Source: Acidimicrobiia bacterium (GTDB taxonomy: Bacteria > Actinomycetota > Acidimicrobiia > Spongiisociales > ZC4RG35). From it: a DNA stretch of 64,000 bases. The notes under the pieces are model-generated. The model saw nothing but the letters and a program-made list of their open reading frames with translations, ran no database searches and was not told the origin of the DNA. This document shows positions 28,944 through 38,450 of this stretch, piece by piece. The position numbers were made by a program, and so were the translations under genes. The stretch spans positions 1,248,001 to 1,312,000 of the forward strand of contig CBDBCY010000004.1 of the NCBI GenBank assembly GCA_965203555.1, given 5' to 3'. The stretch's first letter is position 1, and each line of letters starts with the position of its first letter.

Positions 28944-29726
28944 ATGGATATTGACGTGCGGATTCCCGATTCGTCAGAGGCTGCCGCGGCTGACTTCGGA
29001 GACGGGTCAGACGTCTCGGTCATGGCGGGCGGGACGATAATGATGAACCTTCTCAACTCCTACACGGTGCAACCCTCCAAGGTGTTGCTCCTCCACCGGG
29101 CCGGTCTGTCCTATGTCAACCGGAACGGCTCCACCGTGACGATCGGCGCCACCACCTCGCTGGCCGATCTGACCGGGATGTCGGCCCCGCTGGGACCCTG
29201 CGCGGCCAACATCGGAGACCCTGCCATCAGAGGACAGGGGACAGTAGGGGGCAACCTGTGCGCGGTGGCCTCGCCGGAGTTTCCGGTCGGGGATCTGCAG
29301 GGGCCACTCCTGGCACTGGACGCAACCGTCCGGTCGGTCGGAGAGGGAGGGGAGCGAAGCGAAAGCCTCGCCGATTTCCTGGCGGGAGGAGGTGGCCGCC
29401 TACTGCTGGAAGTGTCCTTCGAGGCTCCGTCCGCAGGGGCATTCGAAGCGTTGCGTCGCCCCCACACCAAGCACTTCACCCCCCTGGCGGTCTCCGGAGC
29501 CCTGGCGTCCGACGGCCGGATCAGGCTGGCGGCGACCGGAGCAGGCAGCACCGGAGTTCGCCTTCCCTCGGCGGAGGCAGCAGCCGATGATCCGTCGGGA
29601 GCCGGTCAGGCTGCGCTGGGAGACGTGACACTGGCGGACGATGCCCTGGCTTCGGCCTGGTATCGCGGTCGGACTCTCCCCACCCTGGTGGAACGGGTCC
29701 TTGAGCAACTGAAGGAGCAAGCGTGA
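28944..29726 (+). CDS. Molybdo-hydroxylase FAD-binding (medium) subunit
   Basis: AGGT, IGATT, AIRGQGTVGGNL, ASAWYR; ATG 28944 lies inside the long ORF-track frame. Confidence 0.85.
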   Translation: MDIDVRIPDSSEAAAADFGDGSDVSVMAGGTIMMNLLNSYTVQPSKVLLLHRAGLSYVNRNGSTVTIGATTSLADLTGMSAPLGPCAANIGDPAIRGQGTVGGNLCAVASPEFPVGDLQGPLLALDATVRSVGEGGERSESLADFLAGGGGRLLLEVSFEAPSAGAFEALRRPHTKHFTPLAVSGALASDGRIRLAATGAGSTGVRLPSAEAAADDPSGAGQAALGDVTLADDALASAWYRGRTLPTLVERVLEQLKEQA

Positions 29727-30241
29727 GAATCGAAGTTAACGGCGCCGGTCACGAGGTTTCAAGCCCCCCCTTGACCTCACTGCTGAACGTCCTGCGGGAA
29801 GAGATGGACGTCACCAGCGTCAAGGCCGGCTGCGAATCGGGGGGATGCGGAGCCTGCACGGTTCTGGTCGACGGCCAGCCGCGGCGGGCCTGCCTCACCC
29901 CGGTGGTGACCGCGGTGGGGTCGGAAATCACTACGGTCGAAGGTCTGGGCACGCCCGAGTCACCGTCGGCAATACAGCAGTCGTTCATCCATCACTACGC
30001 CATGCAGTGCGGATTCTGCACGCCTGGTCTGGTGGTCGCCGCCACCGCCTATGTGAACGGGGGCGGAAGTGACGACCTCGAATCCGTAGCGGAAGCTATC
30101 AGCGGACATGTTTGCAGGTGCACCGGCTACAACAAGATCCTGGAGGCCGTCGCCGCCGCGGTGAACAGTTCGGAGTTCGACCTCAACTCGACGGCGGTGG
30201 ACAAGAACACCGTCGTTGTCAAAACGGGAGGTGCAGTATGA
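29723..30241 (+). CDS. Molybdo-hydroxylase 2x[2Fe-2S] (small) subunit
   Basis: KAGCESGGCGACTVLVDG...C, QCGFCTPG, CRCTGY. Confidence 0.93.
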   Translation: MRIEVNGAGHEVSSPPLTSLLNVLREEMDVTSVKAGCESGGCGACTVLVDGQPRRACLTPVVTAVGSEITTVEGLGTPESPSAIQQSFIHHYAMQCGFCTPGLVVAATAYVNGGGSDDLESVAEAISGHVCRCTGYNKILEAVAAAVNSSEFDLNSTAVDKNTVVVKTGGAV

Positions 30242-31605
30242 AAGCAGTAGGAGCCCGACTGCCCCGCTATGACGCAATGGGGCACGTCACCGGGAGCACC
30301 CAGTTCGTGGATGACGTTCGGGTGCCCCGGATGTTGTGGGCCAAGATGTTGCGTTCGCCCCATCACCACGCCGCCATCACCCGGATGGGCACTTCCCGGG
30401 CCGAAGGCATGCCGGGGGTGAAGGCTGTCATCACCTGGGAGGACGTTCCACTCCTTACATACGGACACCTCGAGGCTCTGGGCATTCCGGCCGACGAGCC
30501 GCTCCTGGCCAAGGACGAGGTCCGGTACAAGGGCCAGCCCATCGCCTTGGTGGCAGCCGAGGACGTGGACACTGCCATGGCAGGCGTGGCAGCCATCGAT
30601 ATCGAATACGCCGAACGTCCCGCGCTGTTCGACGTGCGCAAGGCCTTCGATTCCGATTCGGCCCAGATCCATCCCTGGGGCAACTGGTATCCCCACTTCG
30701 AAGGAGAGATGGACCGGCGGAAAATCCGAAAGGGCGACATCGACGAGGCCTTCGAGCAGGCTGACAAGATCATCTCCGGTGTCTATCGTCCTGCCGCCAT
30801 CGAACATGTGCCGGTGGAGACGCAGGTTTGCCTGGCGGTACCGGAGCCCGATGGCCGTCTGACCATCTATTCCTGCACGCAGGCGCTGTATTTCACCATG
30901 GGCGTGGTCGCTGCCCACCTACAGGTTCCCCTCAACAGGCTGAAGGTGATCGGAGGAACGGTGGGAGGCGGTTTCGGCGGCAAGGTCGACACCGCCAGTG
31001 ACACCGTCACCACCCTGGCGGCCATGAAGGCGGGGCGCCCCGTCAAGTGGCGCTGGACCCGGGAAGAGGAGTTCCTGGCCTCCTCCACCCGAGCGCCCTG
31101 GCACATGGAAATCATTGACGCGGTAACCAGTGACGGCTGGATCCTGGGTCGTAAGATGTTGACGCTCCACGACTCGGGCGCCTACGCCAGGTTCTCGCCC
31201 TACGGAGTCACCAAGCACAGCTTCCACCACACCGGGGCCTACACCATCCCCAACCTGCACTTCGACGGTTACGTGGTGTTTACCAACCGGGTACCCACCA
31301 CCGCCATGCGCGGCTTCGGGGTGACGTCGATCTCGTTTGCGGTGGAGACCCATATGAGCCGGGTGGCCAACGAGTTGGGGATGGATCCCTACGAGGTGCG
31401 TCTGCTCAACGCCAACCGGATCAACGACACTTCGCCCAACCGGATCCGCTACACAGATCCGAGCACCGTGGATGTCCTGCAGTCGCTGGCTGATGCCGAA
31501 GGCGTCCAGTTGGACGCCGCCTATGCGGGTATGACCAGGGATCCACGCTCGGGAGACCTGCTGCCTGACCATCTGGTCGGACAACTGAAGACGGAGGGAC
31601 ACTAA
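30238..31605 (+). CDS. Molybdopterin-binding subunit, N-terminal half of a split large subunit
   Basis: LRSPHHHA, VRYKGQPIALV, VGGGFGGK, GRPVK, TAMRGFG. Confidence 0.9.
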   Translation: MKAVGARLPRYDAMGHVTGSTQFVDDVRVPRMLWAKMLRSPHHHAAITRMGTSRAEGMPGVKAVITWEDVPLLTYGHLEALGIPADEPLLAKDEVRYKGQPIALVAAEDVDTAMAGVAAIDIEYAERPALFDVRKAFDSDSAQIHPWGNWYPHFEGEMDRRKIRKGDIDEAFEQADKIISGVYRPAAIEHVPVETQVCLAVPEPDGRLTIYSCTQALYFTMGVVAAHLQVPLNRLKVIGGTVGGGFGGKVDTASDTVTTLAAMKAGRPVKWRWTREEEFLASSTRAPWHMEIIDAVTSDGWILGRKMLTLHDSGAYARFSPYGVTKHSFHHTGAYTIPNLHFDGYVVFTNRVPTTAMRGFGVTSISFAVETHMSRVANELGMDPYEVRLLNANRINDTSPNRIRYTDPSTVDVLQSLADAEGVQLDAAYAGMTRDPRSGDLLPDHLVGQLKTEGH

Positions 31606-32705
31606 TGGCTGTTCATAAAGGACGCGGCATAGCCGCTATTGAATACCCCACGGGAATGAACCAGAACGGCGATCCCTCTCAGGCATGGATCAAAGTCAAG
31701 CCGGACGGACGCATCGATGTGTTCTCAGGCACCGCCGACATCGGCAACGGCGCCAAGACCATCCAGTCCCAGATCGTGGCGGACACCATCGGCGTCCCCT
31801 ACGACTGGGTGACCTTCGACAACTCCAACACCGACTCCTCGCCGGTCTGCACCGGGACTTTCGCTTCCCGCGCTACCTTCGTAGCCGGGAAGGCGGTGCT
31901 CAAGGCTGCCCGCGAAGTTCAGCAGAAGCTGCTGGACGTGGCGGCCCAGGAGATGGAGATCAGTCCCGAGGACCTGGAAATCGAAGACGGACGGGTCAGC
32001 GTCAAGGGCCTTCCCGACGAGGGAATGGACGTGGGAGAGGTGGCCGGGGCGGCCGTATACGGTCATGGGATTCTCGTCACCGGCACCGGTGCCCAGTTGA
32101 ATCCTTACGCGGCATTCACCGACCCCGGCACTGGCGAGGTGGACGGCCCCCCTCATGCCGCCATCTCCTATGCGGGTTGCGTGGCGGAGGTGGAGGTAGA
32201 CGACGTCACCGGCGAGGTCCGGGTCACCAAGCTGACCCAGTCCTACGACGTGGGCCGAGCGATCAACCCTTCGCTGGTGGAAGGCCAGATCCAGGGCGGA
32301 GCGATCATGGGCCTGGGTCTGGGGGTACTGGAGACCAGTTATCCCTACTATCCCTCGGTCGAGCACCGGGGAAGCGGATTCGGGTCCTATTTCGCACCCA
32401 GCCCACTGGATATGCCGGATCTGGAGACCATCATCATCGAGAACCCCTCCGAAGACGGTCCCTACGGCGCCAAGGGCATCGGCGAGATGGCCAACAACAG
32501 CCAACCCGCCGCCATCGCCACCGCCGTCTACAACGCGATCGGCGTCTGGATCACCGAACTGCCCATTACGCCGGAGTCCGTGCTGAGGGCCCTGGAGAAG
32601 AAGGCCGCCGGAGAAGACCAGCCCCGCAGGGAAGGCAAGATGGTGATCTTCGACGAGGAAATCTCGGTCAACACCGTCGGCGCCGGCCTGCAGTGGACCG
32701 CCTGA
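31605..32705 (+). CDS. Molybdopterin-binding subunit, C-terminal half of a split large subunit
   Basis: DIGNG, GTFASR, EVEVD..TGEV, DVGRAINP..VEGQIQGG, GPYGAKGIGE; TAATG coupling with its own RBS. Confidence 0.9.
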   Translation: MAVHKGRGIAAIEYPTGMNQNGDPSQAWIKVKPDGRIDVFSGTADIGNGAKTIQSQIVADTIGVPYDWVTFDNSNTDSSPVCTGTFASRATFVAGKAVLKAAREVQQKLLDVAAQEMEISPEDLEIEDGRVSVKGLPDEGMDVGEVAGAAVYGHGILVTGTGAQLNPYAAFTDPGTGEVDGPPHAAISYAGCVAEVEVDDVTGEVRVTKLTQSYDVGRAINPSLVEGQIQGGAIMGLGLGVLETSYPYYPSVEHRGSGFGSYFAPSPLDMPDLETIIIENPSEDGPYGAKGIGEMANNSQPAAIATAVYNAIGVWITELPITPESVLRALEKKAAGEDQPRREGKMVIFDEEISVNTVGAGLQWTA

Positions 32706-32725
32706 CCGAAACCTAACCAACAACC

Positions 32726-32773
32726 GAAGAGGCGCTTCACGGCCCGACCCGGGTCACCGTGAAGCGCCTCTTC
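32726..32773. terminator. Long perfect hairpin between convergent genes
   Basis: 17-bp arms GAAGAGGCGCTTCACGG / CCGTGAAGCGCCTCTTC with a 14-nt loop. Confidence 0.8.
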
Positions 32774-32877
32774 ATTCACGTAGGGATCGGCTACCCATGA
32801 CGATCCTCGTCATGGCCGCCGCCACGACCGCCATGTACGTACCGGTGCTCCCAGCCCTGGCGAACAGCAACCGAGTC

Positions 32878-35800
32878 CTACCTTCGTGGTAGGTGGTGGC
32901 GGGTTTCGAGGAGTGGCACTTCCCAGTGGTCCTTTTGGATGAGGTGGCGGTATTCCTCTTTGCTGTCGTCTTTGGTGCGGGACACCATGGCGAGCACGGT
33001 GGTGGCATCACTTCTCGTGTCTCCCCGGGTCTGTCTCCACTGGCGTGCTGCCTCCTTTGAAAGCAGCGCTAGGTCTCTGCCCTTGGTGTCGCGCACGACT
33101 ACCGACCTTGTTCCGTTTGCAGTCAATGTGACTCTGCTGCCGGTGGCAATGTCGGATAACGCTTGGTGGATGGGGTGATCGGGCGGTTGGTTTCCGGCAT
33201 AGCTGAGATAGATACCCTCCAGCCCAAGCTGGGTGTAGCTGGTGCGGACTCGCTCTGCTTCATCGTGTGCAAACGTCCATGGCCGCTGGGCTACTTCGGG
33301 CCCTTGGATTTCGTTGATGTAGGGGAGTTGGTCGTCTTGGCGGTTGATGATTGTCAATGTGCTCATGGCCCTGGTCATGGCCACATAGAACAGACGCCTT
33401 TCTGCTTTTTTCAGTTCTGCTTCCTTGTCGTGGCGGTTGAGAGACTGGCGCCAATCGCCACCTAGGACTATGACATGGGGGAACTCTTTCCCCTTGGCAG
33501 CATGAACGGTTGCGACTAGCACCCCTTCCCCGATGAGATGTTCCCTCTTTGCCACGGCGAGTTGGTCGTGGATTGCTCTGGTCAGGTAGGTTCGCGGGCA
33601 GGGCTCTTCCCCCACGTCTTGTCCGATCTCGGCGAGGATGCGGTCGGCCATGACGGTCCAGAATGACTTCGCTCCGCAGATTGCGGCGAGGTGCCGTCTG
33701 ATCGTCGGTACTGCTATGTCTGAAATAGTTAGGTCCTCTAGATGGTCGAGTAGCCGACGGAACTCTCTGATTCTCTGTAGACGCGGCATCCCCTCGGGAA
33801 CAGGTCTTCTTATACGTATGCCGTTCCGTTCCAAATAGCCCCGGGTTGCGTTGGCCTCTTCCCAGGTCCGCGCCAAGACCGCGAAGTCGGTCCAGTCGGT
33901 TGCCTGGTGGAGTTTTCTGACCCTCTCGATGTATGCCGTGACCGCGGCGTCCGCTGCTAAACCGTCTTCTACATCCAGAAGGAGAACTTTTCCTCGGAGG
34001 ACAGGGTTCAACCTCTCCCAGTCGCCGCCCGCCGGGCGGTTTCGCCGGGCGTGGTTGATCCTGATGGCGCGGTGCTCTTTCATCCTTCCCCGGTTGTTTT
34101 CAATCAGACGGTTGGCTGTGTTGATGATGTTGGTGGTTGACCGGTAGTTTTCAACAAGGTATCGAATCTGGGCATTGAAGTCGCTTTTGTAGCGTTGAAT
34201 GAACTCTGTGTTGGCTCCTCTCCATTCGTAGATGGCCTGGTCGTCGTCTCCCACCGCCAGGATCGTGGCGTACCTGTCTTCGTCTCTGCCCGCTTTTCGG
34301 GCGATGTGGGTGAGCATCTCGTACTGGTCTTCGTCGATGTCTTGGTACTCGTCGACCAGGACGTGCTCGTATCCGGCCAATAGCCGGTCGCGGAGGTCGT
34401 CCGCCGCAACTCCTTCTATGTTTTCGTCACCCTGTAGCCGCCGATTGGCCGCTCGGATCATCTCCTTGAAGAATTTTTCAATGGTCTGGTCTTCTCTCGC
34501 TTTCCGTTCCTTGGAGATTCCTTGGTCTTCTTTCGCTTTCCGTTCCTCAACCAGGGAGCGTTCACAGATTCTGAGAGCCAGCGAGTGGTAGGTGTGGATC
34601 GCCACCTGCCGGGCCAAGTCTCCCACCAGGGCCCTGATTCGTGAACGCAACTCGTACATGGCGGTCCGGTTGTAGCAAATCACGAGGATCCGTTCGGGCC
34701 GGATACGTTCCACTTGGAGCAGATAGGCACAGCGGTGGACGACTACCCGCGTCTTCCCGGATCCGGGACCCGCCAGCACGAGCAGGTTGTCGTCTCTGCG
34801 CGCGGTGACGATTCGTTGTTGGGCGGCGTTATGCAGATTGTCGACAATTTCCTCATAGCGTTCCCGCGAAGTGGGCAGCTTGACGGTGGCAGCGTTTGGA
34901 AAGTACTGCCGGCGGAACCTGGATTGGGGCATGCCGAAATAGCTGTTTACCAACTCCTGGCTTGCTCCCGCTCTGCCGTTCGTTGCTTCTTCCACGTAAC
35001 GGCCTATGGCGTGAACTTGGAACTCTCGAGCTTTGTAATGGTCGGCGAGTGGTTTGTAGTCCTTTTCCGAGTAGCGGCGGTTCCTGGCCTCGTCCAGCAT
35101 TTTGATGGTCATGGCTTGGCGGAACAGCGACAACCCGTGCTCCAGGCGTATAGTGTCGTGCTCGTCCAAGAAGAGCAGCGTCTTCTCCAGTGCTGTGAAC
35201 CTGTCGCTTATCTCTGAGGAGAGTTGTAAATGATCTTCGAGTGCCCTGCCCATGTCGTCCAGGGAGAACAGGATGAGTCGCTCGCCTCTTTCGGCAACTT
35301 TGGCCATCTCGTTGAGGATTACCCTGCCTACCTCGGTTCGGAGATCAAGTTGACGGCGCAGGTCCGGCCAATTGGAGTGCAGCCCCACATGGATGGACCC
35401 GTAGCCGCTGCTTTTGAGAGCGACAGTTTCGCCGAAACCCTTGCGTTCCCATCCCCTGAGGAGCTTCAGCAGCCCTTCGTTCAGCAGGCTTCTCTTCCTC
35501 TCCCGTAGTCGTGTCTGCAGGCCCGCCAGTGTCACTTCCGCCTCCCCGTTCTGGATCAGGTCGGGATAATGCTGCTCCAATACCTCGCACAGATCAGTCT
35601 GTGCTTCATGTACCCGTTCGAGCCTGGCTTTGGAATGGTCGGTCGTTTGGTGGCGGAACCAGGCGGAGAAGTGGACTCCCCGTTTGAGCACTCCGGCCTC
35701 TCCCATGTGGAAAAGCATGCGGATAATCTCCCGATTGGCTGCTTCATTGACCAGCCGGGGGTTACCGTTGTAGCGGCGTTTCAGAGAGGCGAACAGGGAC

Positions 35801-38205
35801 CTGAACGCCGGCCGCCCAGCCAGGTGGTCAATATCGATCCCTGCCCGGGGATCGGAGTCTCGGAGAAGGTCCACGGTTGTAGACCACCTGGCGGACTCCG
35901 CACGAGAAAGATCCAACGTGGCGATGATCTTGTCCGTGTCTGTATCGGACACGGCCGGGATTCCCTGGAAGAGACGGGTCCTGTTCTCGTTTCGCAGCAC
36001 GAAGAGTGCCCGCTCCAGCCAGGAAATGGCTACCCGTACCTTGGAGGTGGCGTCTCTGTCTTCTGGGTCAAACGACGTGAGAGTCTCGGGTACTCTCAGC
36101 AAGTCTCCCGTTGACACCACTATCTCGGTGCTCTTCTTCTTGCGTACCCGGCGAATGGCCCTGAGGATTTGCGCCAGATCTCGTTTGGTGATCTGGCCCC
36201 GCGACAGCAGGTCGAACTGGCGGTCCAAGTCTCCTTTGGTGAATAGCAACACGCAATCCGCTGGTGCACCGTCTCTTCCAGCTCGGCCTGCTTCTTGCAG
36301 GTAGTTTTCGATAGACGACGGCACGTCCGCGTGTACGACTAGACGAACATTGTCTTTGTCAACCCCCATCCCGAAGGCGTTGGTGGCAACGATTACCGGT
36401 GTGTTCCCTGATACGAAGTCGTCTTGGATGTTCTTCTTGTCCGGTGGGTCCATGCCTCCATGGAAGTACTGAGCCGCCCACCCCCGGTTCTGAAGCGCTT
36501 CTGCTATATCTTCTGTGCGACGGTGGGTCCGTGCGTACACTATCGCGGTGCCGATGAACCTTTTGCTGGCAGGACTGCCCAGCTTGTCTGCAAGCAGGTT
36601 GTGGATGCGCGACTCTTTCTGTGCGGTGGTGACTTCCTCAACGTGATATGAAAGGTTGTCGCGGTCTACACGGTCGGCTGAGAAGACCCTGAGTCTTTGA
36701 CCTAGATGATCCTCGAAGTAGCCGCATATCTCGTCGCGGACAGCTTGCGTGGCGGTGGCGGTGAAACAGGCCACCGGGGCGAGTGGGACTCCTTCCCTCT
36801 CGGAGAACTCCCTGATAAACCGTCCCGCGTAGTAGTAATCCGGCCTGAATTCGTGCCCCCACTGGGCCAAACAATGAGCCTCGTCGAACACCCACGCCGC
36901 TATGTTCCGCTGGCGGACAGTCCGCTCGAAGGTTGGGTTGCGCAGCTGCTCCGGGGAAACATAGAGAATCGCGAACTTGCCGAGGCGCACACCTTCCAAG
37001 GTGTCGTATCGCTCGGGCATGGTCTGGAGGCCGTTCAAGGTTGCTGCCAGATTCGGGCTTCCAGTCTTGTTGTTGAGGCCATCCACCTGGTCTCTCATCA
37101 GCGCCTGGAGTGGGGACACAACAACCGTCAATACGCCGGACTGCTTGTAGCGCAAAATAGCGGGCAGTTGGAAACACAGCGACTTGCCACCACCAGTAGG
37201 CATGATCCCCAGCAGGGGAAACCCCTCCAGCATGGTCGTGGTGATTCGCTCCTGAAGGCTTTCCCCCTCCGCGGTGGCTGGCGAGGGACGGAACTCCGAG
37301 TAGCGGAAGTACCGATGCAGGTTACTTCTGGGGTCATGCTGTGTCTTGCAGTACCCGCACGAACCGACTCCACAAGGGACGCTACGCAGGTCACGTATAA
37401 GGCGACCAGCATGTGGGAACTGAAAGTGAACCCACCTGGGAAGAACCGATTCGGTTTCGGCAACCAACATCCAAGCCAACGCGTAAGCAATCGCCGGTCG
37501 AGTTTGCGGGTTGATCGCAAGTTCAAGGATCTGTCTGCGGGCCGCTCGGTGGCAGAATACCTCTCCTGCCAACTCGGTGAACCGAGACTCGATTTCCCAA
37601 TCCCGAAGCCGGCGGCCGCCCAGGGCTTCCAAGAAGTCTCCCGTTCCCCCGTCGAAACATGACCTGTAAACATCGAGAAGCCCCTTGTACCGGCGACCCC
37701 ACTCGCCCAGCAGCGACCAGCATTCCCCGAGAAGATCACGGCTGAGTTTGCAGTCCTCGAGGGGATTGCTCTGTTCCGGCCCTAGCTTGTAGTCTTTCAC
37801 CAACCTGTGATACGGACGCTGTGGACTTGCCAAGGGAGACAGATAGAGCGTATCCACCAACGGCAACTGGAGCAACGGTGACGATGGAATCAGCCCCTCG
37901 ACAAAGCGCCGGTCGTGGGCAACAATGTTGTGTCCCGCGACAAACCGTGCATCACCCGCGAGATCAGTTAGGCGATCCATGATCTCTCGGGCCTGCTGCT
38001 CTGTTCGAATAACGGGTTCGTGCAGTTCTCGTTCTCCGTACAGACCCGCCAACGCCCTCACAGGAGACAATCCCGGCTCAACAGGACCAGAAACGGTCTC
38101 AAGATCGACAAACACACATCGGTCAGCGAAGGGTTGTTGAGCCGACCCGGCGCCCTCCTCATAGCCTGAACCATCCATCACCCTCTCCGAGTGGACATCT
38201 GTCAT
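32878..38205 (-). CDS. Fusion protein: DEDD exonuclease-like + RecQ helicase + UvrD/SF1 helicase + C-terminal HIRAN-like domain
   Basis: Exonuclease: VDLET, GHNIVAHD, VDTL. RecQ: PTGGGKSLCFQLP, DEAHC..QWGHEFRPDY, QEAGRAGRDG. UvrD: AGPGSGKT, VDEYQD, VGDDDQAIY.WRGA, ENYRS, TVHAAKGKEF, ERRLFYVAMTRA. The HIRAN call is tentative. Confidence 0.92.
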   Translation of the reverse strand: MTDVHSERVMDGSGYEEGAGSAQQPFADRCVFVDLETVSGPVEPGLSPVRALAGLYGERELHEPVIRTEQQAREIMDRLTDLAGDARFVAGHNIVAHDRRFVEGLIPSSPLLQLPLVDTLYLSPLASPQRPYHRLVKDYKLGPEQSNPLEDCKLSRDLLGECWSLLGEWGRRYKGLLDVYRSCFDGGTGDFLEALGGRRLRDWEIESRFTELAGEVFCHRAARRQILELAINPQTRPAIAYALAWMLVAETESVLPRWVHFQFPHAGRLIRDLRSVPCGVGSCGYCKTQHDPRSNLHRYFRYSEFRPSPATAEGESLQERITTTMLEGFPLLGIMPTGGGKSLCFQLPAILRYKQSGVLTVVVSPLQALMRDQVDGLNNKTGSPNLAATLNGLQTMPERYDTLEGVRLGKFAILYVSPEQLRNPTFERTVRQRNIAAWVFDEAHCLAQWGHEFRPDYYYAGRFIREFSEREGVPLAPVACFTATATQAVRDEICGYFEDHLGQRLRVFSADRVDRDNLSYHVEEVTTAQKESRIHNLLADKLGSPASKRFIGTAIVYARTHRRTEDIAEALQNRGWAAQYFHGGMDPPDKKNIQDDFVSGNTPVIVATNAFGMGVDKDNVRLVVHADVPSSIENYLQEAGRAGRDGAPADCVLLFTKGDLDRQFDLLSRGQITKRDLAQILRAIRRVRKKKSTEIVVSTGDLLRVPETLTSFDPEDRDATSKVRVAISWLERALFVLRNENRTRLFQGIPAVSDTDTDKIIATLDLSRAESARWSTTVDLLRDSDPRAGIDIDHLAGRPAFRSLFASLKRRYNGNPRLVNEAANREIIRMLFHMGEAGVLKRGVHFSAWFRHQTTDHSKARLERVHEAQTDLCEVLEQHYPDLIQNGEAEVTLAGLQTRLRERKRSLLNEGLLKLLRGWERKGFGETVALKSSGYGSIHVGLHSNWPDLRRQLDLRTEVGRVILNEMAKVAERGERLILFSLDDMGRALEDHLQLSSEISDRFTALEKTLLFLDEHDTIRLEHGLSLFRQAMTIKMLDEARNRRYSEKDYKPLADHYKAREFQVHAIGRYVEEATNGRAGASQELVNSYFGMPQSRFRRQYFPNAATVKLPTSRERYEEIVDNLHNAAQQRIVTARRDDNLLVLAGPGSGKTRVVVHRCAYLLQVERIRPERILVICYNRTAMYELRSRIRALVGDLARQVAIHTYHSLALRICERSLVEERKAKEDQGISKERKAREDQTIEKFFKEMIRAANRRLQGDENIEGVAADDLRDRLLAGYEHVLVDEYQDIDEDQYEMLTHIARKAGRDEDRYATILAVGDDDQAIYEWRGANTEFIQRYKSDFNAQIRYLVENYRSTTNIINTANRLIENNRGRMKEHRAIRINHARRNRPAGGDWERLNPVLRGKVLLLDVEDGLAADAAVTAYIERVRKLHQATDWTDFAVLARTWEEANATRGYLERNGIRIRRPVPEGMPRLQRIREFRRLLDHLEDLTISDIAVPTIRRHLAAICGAKSFWTVMADRILAEIGQDVGEEPCPRTYLTRAIHDQLAVAKREHLIGEGVLVATVHAAKGKEFPHVIVLGGDWRQSLNRHDKEAELKKAERRLFYVAMTRAMSTLTIINRQDDQLPYINEIQGPEVAQRPWTFAHDEAERVRTSYTQLGLEGIYLSYAGNQPPDHPIHQALSDIATGSRVTLTANGTRSVVVRDTKGRDLALLSKEAARQWRQTRGDTRSDATTVLAMVSRTKDDSKEEYRHLIQKDHWEVPLLETRHHLPRR

Positions 38206-38227
38206 ACCATGCTTCTGGCCTGCGACA
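38206..38227 (-). promoter_or_regulatory. Weaker PafBC-type promoter candidate TGTCGC-N10-CATGGT
   Basis: Same spacing as the other copies. It abuts ATG 38205, so if real the true start is a downstream GTG/ATG after GGAGAGG. Confidence 0.4.
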
Positions 38228-38450
38228 TCAATGATGCTTTGCGTAGGGATAGCAACACCAGCAACTGTACCCGACTCCCCTTTATGACAAAGGCAGTGGG
38301 AAGAGGGAATACCTCGGATTAACCTGGCGATAAGGAGGACATCGAGGTCGATGAATCGCCTGTCTTGCCTCTTTCAGAATCAGGTTCAAGTTTCTTGAAA
38401 GCCACCACCAACAACTCTGGTCACCCACAGACCCCCATGAATAATCGGGG

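Noticed and set aside
31595-31610. Frameshift or recoded stop splitting one molybdopterin subunit
   Set aside because: The TAATG junction has its own GGAGGG RBS and falls at a natural domain boundary, so these are two genuine genes.
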